This document shows positions 53,680-64,000 of a DNA stretch of 64,000 nt, in pieces. Both the position numbers and the translations under genes were made by a program. Numbering within the stretch: the first letter of the stretch is position 1; each line of letters starts with the position of its first letter. Below the pieces are notes generated by a model. That model made no database searches, was not told the origin of the DNA, and worked only from the letters and a program-made list of their open reading frames with translations. The stretch comes from the human T2T-CHM13v2.0 reference genome, Homo sapiens. Location of the stretch: the NCBI RefSeq assembly GCF_009914755.1, contig NC_060934.1; one strand, written 5' to 3'.

Positions 53680-55963
53680 TTTTTTCAAAATGGCTGACTA
53701 AGGACATTGGACGCCAGATTTCCTAAGAAAAAAGATGAAAGTTACAGGTTAACGGACAAGTTCTGAATGGAAAACTGAGTGAAGAAAACTAGGACCTCTC
53801 ATCGTGTCCATGGGGAGAAGCTGGTGTTCACAAGAGAAAAGCAGCAAGACTCTGGCAAAGACCAACCCCAGGGGAACTTGAAGTTCTGTGGAAAGGATAG
53901 GTGGGAGTGCTTCTCTCCTTCCCTCACCCTTGTGACCAAACTGTTAATGAGCCCCTCTGTCCTCATGATCCAGGGCAATGCTGTCAGTGGAGATTTAGGG
54001 TTTCCTGAGGAAAGAACCAGGTTTCCATGCCTGCACTGCCTTCACACCTGAACTGAGGCATTGGGAACCATACTTGTTGTTCCCCTGTGGTGGGCCACTG
54101 CTCTGCCTGGGGATTCTCTGCTCTTGAATCACTGCACCACCAGATTCTTCATAAATGTACCTCACAACCTGGTCTGATTTTGGCAAGCACAGGCTAATGA
54201 TGGGTCCCTGGAGAGCTGTGGAATCCCCTGGAGATCTAACCCTCAGCATGGACCACTCCGAAAAAAGGGGGAGTACAGTCCACCAAAACCTCCTTTGGGA
54301 CAAAGGACACATTTCTGTGGCACAAATTGATGAAAATGGCAGCGCTGATACCTGGGAATAGATGTGGGGAGGGTGTCATCTCCCACCCCCCATACCCTGT
54401 CAACTGGTGTGGACACATTAGTGGTTCTTCCCACTGGGAAGTCTGCACATGTGCACTTGGAGAAAGCATTTTAAGCACTTTTCACAGTGGCATGACTTTT
54501 GCTGAAAGTGAGCCCTTGCTGCTTGGGCACACATGAAGGACTGGACCCAAGTCCCCTTTCCTACACAGAGTGACAGTATCTCACCAATGGAGATAAGAAA
54601 TATCACAGAGTTGTCTGTACTGGACTCAGGGAAAAGGTTCTGCCCAAGCCCACTTTGATGGAGTGTATTCGTGGCCCACAGCTGCACTGTGGTTGGCAAA
54701 CAAGAGGTCAAGTCTTTATGAACTGAAGGTCATGAGCCCAGAGACACAGGTGTGATAGGGAAATGAACCAGGTTTCTGCTGGCTCAGGATGAAGAACTGG
54801 TGCACTCACTCTTCCCCTTCCCTTGAGACAAGAGCACACCACACATGATCTCTTCCCAACACCCCCTGTCAGGGCAGGTGCTTCCACCCATTATCGACCT
54901 ATCTGGGCATGAGCAAGCTATTACTCTTAAGCTCCACTTATGGACTACGGTCTAAAATGCATCACCAAATAACAAACCTCCTTCCAGAAAGGCTTAGTGC
55001 TTGCCCACAAGACAAGCTTGCTGACCTCCACATCCTCAGACCCACAGAAAATAGTGTGTCCACTCATTTGTCCAATGCATAGCTATAAAAGCAACATCCA
55101 AGAAAGTCACTGCACAGAAGTTATCCACAACCAAGCAACACAAACACAGCACTGCCCCACTGAATGTGTCCAGAAACAAAGCCAAGTGATCATATACAAA
55201 ATACACCATACTCATACCATAAAGGGAAAAAAGAATTTTAAAAATATCCCAACCAAATGATAGGAAATTCAAAAATAAGAAGCAACAGCTCCTTAGAGAT
55301 AAACACAAAAACACTGGCACTACAAAAAGCCAGAGTGTCTTGATACTACCAAAGGATCACACTAGCTCTTTGCAAATGGATCCTAACCAAATTGACAAGC
55401 CTGAAACAACAGATAAATAATTCAAAATATGGATCCAAGGAAACTCAATGAGTTCCAAAGGAAAGTTGAAATTTAACACAATCCAATAAACTGATTATAT
55501 TTAATGACATACAAGATATATATTAATGACATACAATTTATGACATATATTAATGTCATAAATTAATATATTTATGACATACAAGATAGCTATATCAAGA
55601 AAAAATAGAACTTCTGGAATAGAAAATTTCGTGACAGGACTGTCAAAATATAGTAGGAAGCTTTAACAATAAACTAGATCAAGCAGAAGAAGAAATTTCA
55701 GAGCTTGAAGATGTCTTTCAAATTAACCCAGTCATACAAAAAAAATTTAAAACTAACAAAGCCTTTGGAATTATAGAAATATGGAATTATGTAAAATGAT
55801 CAAGCCTAGAAATTATTGGCATCTCTGAGAGAGAATGATAAAAAATAAAAGAGGTGGAAAACAACTTTGAGAGAATAATTGAGGAAATATTCCCTAACCT
55901 TGCTAGGGAGGTCAACATCCAGATAAAAGAAATATCAAAGAAGAAGATAATATATTAGATGAC

Positions 55964-56334
55964 TGTATGAGTTTGCTCTTACATTGCTATAAAGAGCTAC
56001 TTGAGATTGGGGGATTTATAAAGAAAAGAGATTTAATTGGCTCATGGTTCCACAGGCTGTAGAGAAAGCATAGCTGGGGAGTCCTCAGGAAACTTTCAAT
56101 TATGCCAAAAGGTGAAGGGAAAGCAAGCACATCTTCACATGGCCAGCAGGAGAGAGGGCAAAAGGGGAAACGCTACATACTTTTAAACAACTAGATCTCA
56201 TAAGAACTCACTATTAAGAAAACAGTGAGGGAGAAATCTGCCCTCATGATTCAATCACCTCCAGTTGGTCCCTCCCCCAATAATGGGGATTACAACATGA
56301 CATTTGGGTGGGGACACAGAGCCAAAGTATATCA
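55964..56334 (-). mobile_element. MSTA solo LTR inserted in L1 ORF1
   Basis: cattgctataaagagctacttgaga..ggggacacagagccaaagtatatca; perfect TSD atgac (55959-55963 / 56335-56339). Confidence 0.94.
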
Positions 56335-56762
56335 ATGACTATTCCAAAGGCATACAGTCATCAGATTATCCATTGTCAACACAAAAGAATAAATCTTAAA
56401 GATAGGTAGAGAAACAGCCAAATTATCTATAAAGGAAATCCCATCAGATTAACTGCAGATTTTTCAGTGGAAACCTTATGAGGCAAAGAAGATTGGTGGC
56501 CTATTTTTAGCCTCCTTAAAAAATGTCAGCAAAGAATTTCATATCCTGCCAAACTAAGATTCATAAACTAGGAGAAGTCTTTCCCAGAAAAGAAAACACT
56601 GAAAGAATTGGTCACCACCAGACCAACCCTACAAGAAATGTTCAAAGAGCTTCCGAATGAAATTAAAGAATGATACTTGACACCATAAAAGCACATAAGT
56701 TCAAAGCTATCAGATCCTATAAAGCAATTACACAATTGAGTTTACAAAGCACCCAACTAGCA

Positions 56763-56882
56763 ACAATATGACAGGAACAAAACCTCAAATATCAATATTG
56801 ACCTTGGATGTAAACAGCCTAGTACAATATGACAGGAACAAAACCTCAAATATCAATATTGACCTTGGATGTAAACAGCCTA
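56763..56882 (+). repeat. Tandem duplication: two identical 59-bp copies, period 61
   Basis: acaatatgacaggaac...gtaaacagccta at 56763-56821 and 56824-56882. Confidence 0.97.
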
Positions 56883-58376
56883 AGTACTCTACTTGAAAGA
56901 CATGAGTAACAAATTGGATTTGAAAAAAGGCTTAACCTCTGTTACTTTCAAGAGACCTATGTCACATCTAGTAATATCCACAGGCTCAAAGTAAAGAGAC
57001 GAAGAAATCATGTAAGTGGAAAACAAAATGAGCAAGAATGGCTATTCCTGTATCAGCTACAATATACATTAAATCAACAATAAAAAAAGACAAAAGACAA
57101 ATAAGGCCTTTATGTAAGATAAACGACTTAATTCAACAAGAAGACTTAACTACACTAAATATGTATGAACCCAACATCAGAGCACCCAGATTTATAAAAC
57201 AAACAGTACTAGATGTAAGAAAGGAGATAGAGAGTCACACAATAATAGTGGGCTACTTCAGCACCCCACTGACAGCAGTATACCAAGGCAGAAAGCTAAC
57301 AAAGAAATTCTAGAAGTAAATTGGACACTTGATAAATTGGACCTGGTAGTCATCTAAAGAATACTCCATTCGACAACCACAGAATATGCATTTTTTCCAT
57401 CTGTACATGGAATATTTTATATAATTAACTACATGTTTGCTCATAAAGCAAATCTCAATAAATTCAAAAAAATTGAAATAATATCAAGTATCTTCTTAGA
57501 CCACAGTGGAATAAAATTAGAAATCAATATGAAGAGGAACTCTCAAACCCACACAAGTACATGGCAACTGAACAAATTATTCCTTAAGAACTTTTTAGTA
57601 AACAAAACAATTAAGGCAAAAATCAAAAACACTTTTTAAAACAAATGAAAATAGAGACAAAACATACCAAAACCTCTTGGATGCAGCAAAAGCAGTGTTA
57701 AGAGGAAAGCTTACAGTACTAAATGCATACCTCAAAAAGGTAGAACTATCTCGAGTTAACGACCTAATATTTCTCCTAAAAGAACTAGAAAAACAAGAAA
57801 GAAACCAAACCCAATGCTAAAAGAAGAAAATAAATAGCAAAAATTATAGCAGAACTAAATGAAACTGAGAATAGGAAAATGATAGAAATAATCAAAAAAC
57901 AAAAAGTTGGTTCTTTGATAGGATAAACAAAATTAACAGATCACTAGCTAGATTAACCAGGAAAAAAAGAAAGATTCAAATAAGCAACTTCAGAAATGAC
58001 AAAAGTGACGTTACACACGTGGAAATACAAAAGATCCCCAGTGACTACTATAAAAATCTTTAAATGCACAAACTAGAAAACCTAGAGGAAATGAAAAAAA
58101 TGCTGGAAACACACAACCTCCCAAGATTAAACCAGGAAGAAATTGAAATCTTTTTTTTTAATTTTATTATTATTATACTTTAAGTTTTAGGGTACATGAG
58201 CACAGTGTGCAGGTTTGTTACATAGGTATACATGTGCCATGTTGGTGTGCTGCACCCATTAACTCATCATTTAGCATTAGGTACATCTCCTAATGCTATC
58301 CCTCCCCACTCCCCCAACCCCACAACAGTACCTGGTGTGTGATGTTCCCCTTCCTGTGTTCATGTGTTCTCATTGT

Positions 58377-61389
<3,013 letters not shown>

Positions 61390-63387
61390 AGAAATTGAAA
61401 TCTTGAACAGACCAATGAAAAATTTCAAAATTAAATCAATTATAAAAAAACTACCATCCAAAAAAAGCCCTTGACCAGAGAGATTCACAGCCAAAGTTTA
61501 CTAGAAGAGCTGGTTTCAATCTTACTCAAACTATTACAAAAAAAAAAAATGAGGAGGAGTGTTTCCTCTCTAATTCATTATGCAAAATTAGTATAATCCT
61601 GAAACCAAAATCTGGTAAGGACACAACAACAACAACAAAAGAAAACTGCAGGCCAATATTTCTGGTGAACACAGATGCAATCATTGTCAAGAAAACAGTA
61701 GCAAAGCAAATCTAACAGCACATCAAAAGATAACTAACCATGATCAAGTGAGTTTTATCCCTGGATGCAAGAATTGTTCAACATAAGCAAATCAATAAAT
61801 GTGATTCACCACATGAACAGAATTAAAAACAAAAAAAATATATCATCTCACTAGGCACAGAGAAAGCATTTTATAAAATCTAACATTCTTTCATGATTAA
61901 AAACCCTCAGTAAACTAGGCATCAAAAGAACATACCTAAAAATAATATAATCCATCTATGACAAACCCACTGCCTACATCATACAGAATGCACAAAGTTG
62001 AAACGATTCCCCCTAAGTACTGGAAAAAGACAAGGATGTACAGTTTCACTACTTCTATTCAATATTGTACTGGAAGTCCTAGCCAGAATAGTCATGAGAA
62101 AGAAATAAGTACATTCAGAAAGGAAAAGAGTAAGTCTAACTATCTCCATTGGCTGATAAGATCTTATAATTAAAACACCCTAGTGATTCCTCAAAGACAC
62201 TGCTAGACCTGATGAACAACAGCAGTAAAGTTTTAGAATACAAAGTCAATGTACACAAATCAGTAGCATTTCTATACACCAATAATGTTCAAGCTGGAAA
62301 CCAAATCAAGAATTCAATCCCATTTACAATAGCCACACATATACACACACACACAAATAAAATATAACTGAAAAGGTGAAAGATTTCTACAAAAGAACTA
62401 CAAAACACTGCTGAAAGAAATTATAGATGACACAGCAAATAGAAAAACTTCCCATGCTCATGGATTAGAAGAATCAATATCACTAAAATGATCATACTTC
62501 TCAAAGCATTCTACAGGTTCAATGCAATTCCTATCAAACTCCCAATGTCATTTTTCACAGAGTGAAAAAAAAAACTATCATAATTTTCACATGGAACCAA
62601 AAATAGCCCAAAAAGCCAAAGCAATCTAAAGCAAAAAGAACAAAGCTAGGGGCATCATATTACCTTACTTCAAACTATATAATAAGGCTACAGTAACCAA
62701 ATCAGCATGGTACTTCTACAAAAACGGACACATAGATCAATGAAACAAAACAGAGCATCCAGAAATAAAGCCACATGCCTACAACCAACTAATCTTCAAC
62801 AAAGTTTACAAAAATAAGCAATGGGAAAAGTACTCCCTATTCAATAAATGGTGTGGGGAAAGCTGTCTAGCCATATGCAGAAGAATGAAACTGGACCCCT
62901 ACCTATCACCATATAGAAAAATTATCTCAAGATAGATTAAAGACTTCAGTGTAAGTCCTGAAACTGTAAAAATTCTAGAAGAAAACCTAGGAAAAGTCTT
63001 CAAGACATTGTTTGAGGCAGATAATTTATAACCAGGACCTCAAAGGAAAATGCAACAAAAATAAAAGTTGACAAATGAGACTTAATAAAACTAAAGATCT
63101 TCTGCACCACAAAAGAAATAACAGAGTAAACAGACAACCTATAGCATGGGGGAAAACATTTGCAAACTATGCCTCTGACAGTAGACTAATTTTCAGAATC
63201 TATAAGGAACTTAAATTTATCAATAAGCAAAAAAAAATTAACTTCATTAAAAAGTGAGCAAAGACCAGGAACAAATATTTTTCAAAAGACATACAAGCAG
63301 CCAATAAAAATATGAAAAAATGTTCAACATCACTGATCATCAGAGAGATGTAAATCAAAACCACAATGAGATTCCATCAAATGGCTA

Positions 63388-63443
63388 TATTAATAGCCAG
63401 TCAAGTGGCTATTATTAATAGCCAGTCAAGTGGCTATTATTAA
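63388..63443. repeat. 25-bp tandem duplication with quasi-palindromes
   Basis: tattaatagccagtcaagtggctat at 63388-63412 and 63413-63437. Confidence 0.92.
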
Positions 63444-64000
63444 AAAGTAAAAAAATAACAGATGTTGGTGAGGTTGTATTGAAAAGGGAATGTTTATACA
63501 CTGTTGGTGAGAATGTAAATTAGTTCAACCCCTATGGAAAACGATATGGAGATTTCCCAAGGAACTAAAAATAAAACTACCATTTGAGCCAGCAACTCCA
63601 ATACTGGATATCTACCCAAAGGGAAAAAAATAATTTTATCCTAAAGAAACCTGCACTCGTAGGTTTATTATAGCACTATTCAAAACAGCAAAGTCATGAA
63701 GTTTACCTAGGTGCCTATAAGTGGTGGATTGGATACAGAAAATGTGGTAACATGGATGCAGCTGGAGGCCATTATCCTAAGTGAAATAAAATGGAAACAG
63801 AAAATAAACTACCACATGTTCTTACTTACACATGCCAGCTAAACGATGGTACACATGGACGTAAAGATAGAAACAATAGACACTGGGGACTGCAAAAACA
63901 GGGAGAGAAGTGGGAGAGCAAGGGTTTTAAAATTACATACTGGGTATTTGTTGGAGGCCGCACAAATGTTTCTTGTGATTAGGTACCTCTAAAACCTGTT

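Noticed and set aside
53779-55320. Dense short ORFs
   Set aside because: GC-richer L1 5' UTR; no recognisable protein

Overview
This is AT-rich primate DNA, most likely human or great ape (it carries AluY/AluS/AluJ, L1PA and THE1/MST elements). It is intergenic or deep intronic and densely packed with interspersed repeats. I find no supportable host protein-coding exon, structural RNA gene or CRISPR-like system. The long ORFs are LINE-1 ORF1/ORF2 remnants; the short ORFs are Alu, MaLR or simple-repeat read-throughs. The main structures are: (1) a ~10 kb old L1 (53.7-63.9 kb) carrying a nested MST LTR, a perfect tandem duplication of the ORF2 start, and a younger L1PA inserted antisense with a twin-priming 5' inversion and a 15-bp TSD; (2) a full-length MSTA provirus (45.9-50.6 kb) carrying an Alu and an antisense THE1D provirus, which creates crossed long inverted repeats; (3) an intact MADE1 hairpin (miR-548-type); (4) a 3'-truncated L1PA with a short duplication at its breakpoint. 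I did not find evidence for a previously undescribed biological system; the findings below are mostly mechanistic curiosities and regulatory candidates. Subfamily names come from recalled consensus features, not from a RepeatMasker run, and boundaries of old elements are approximate.
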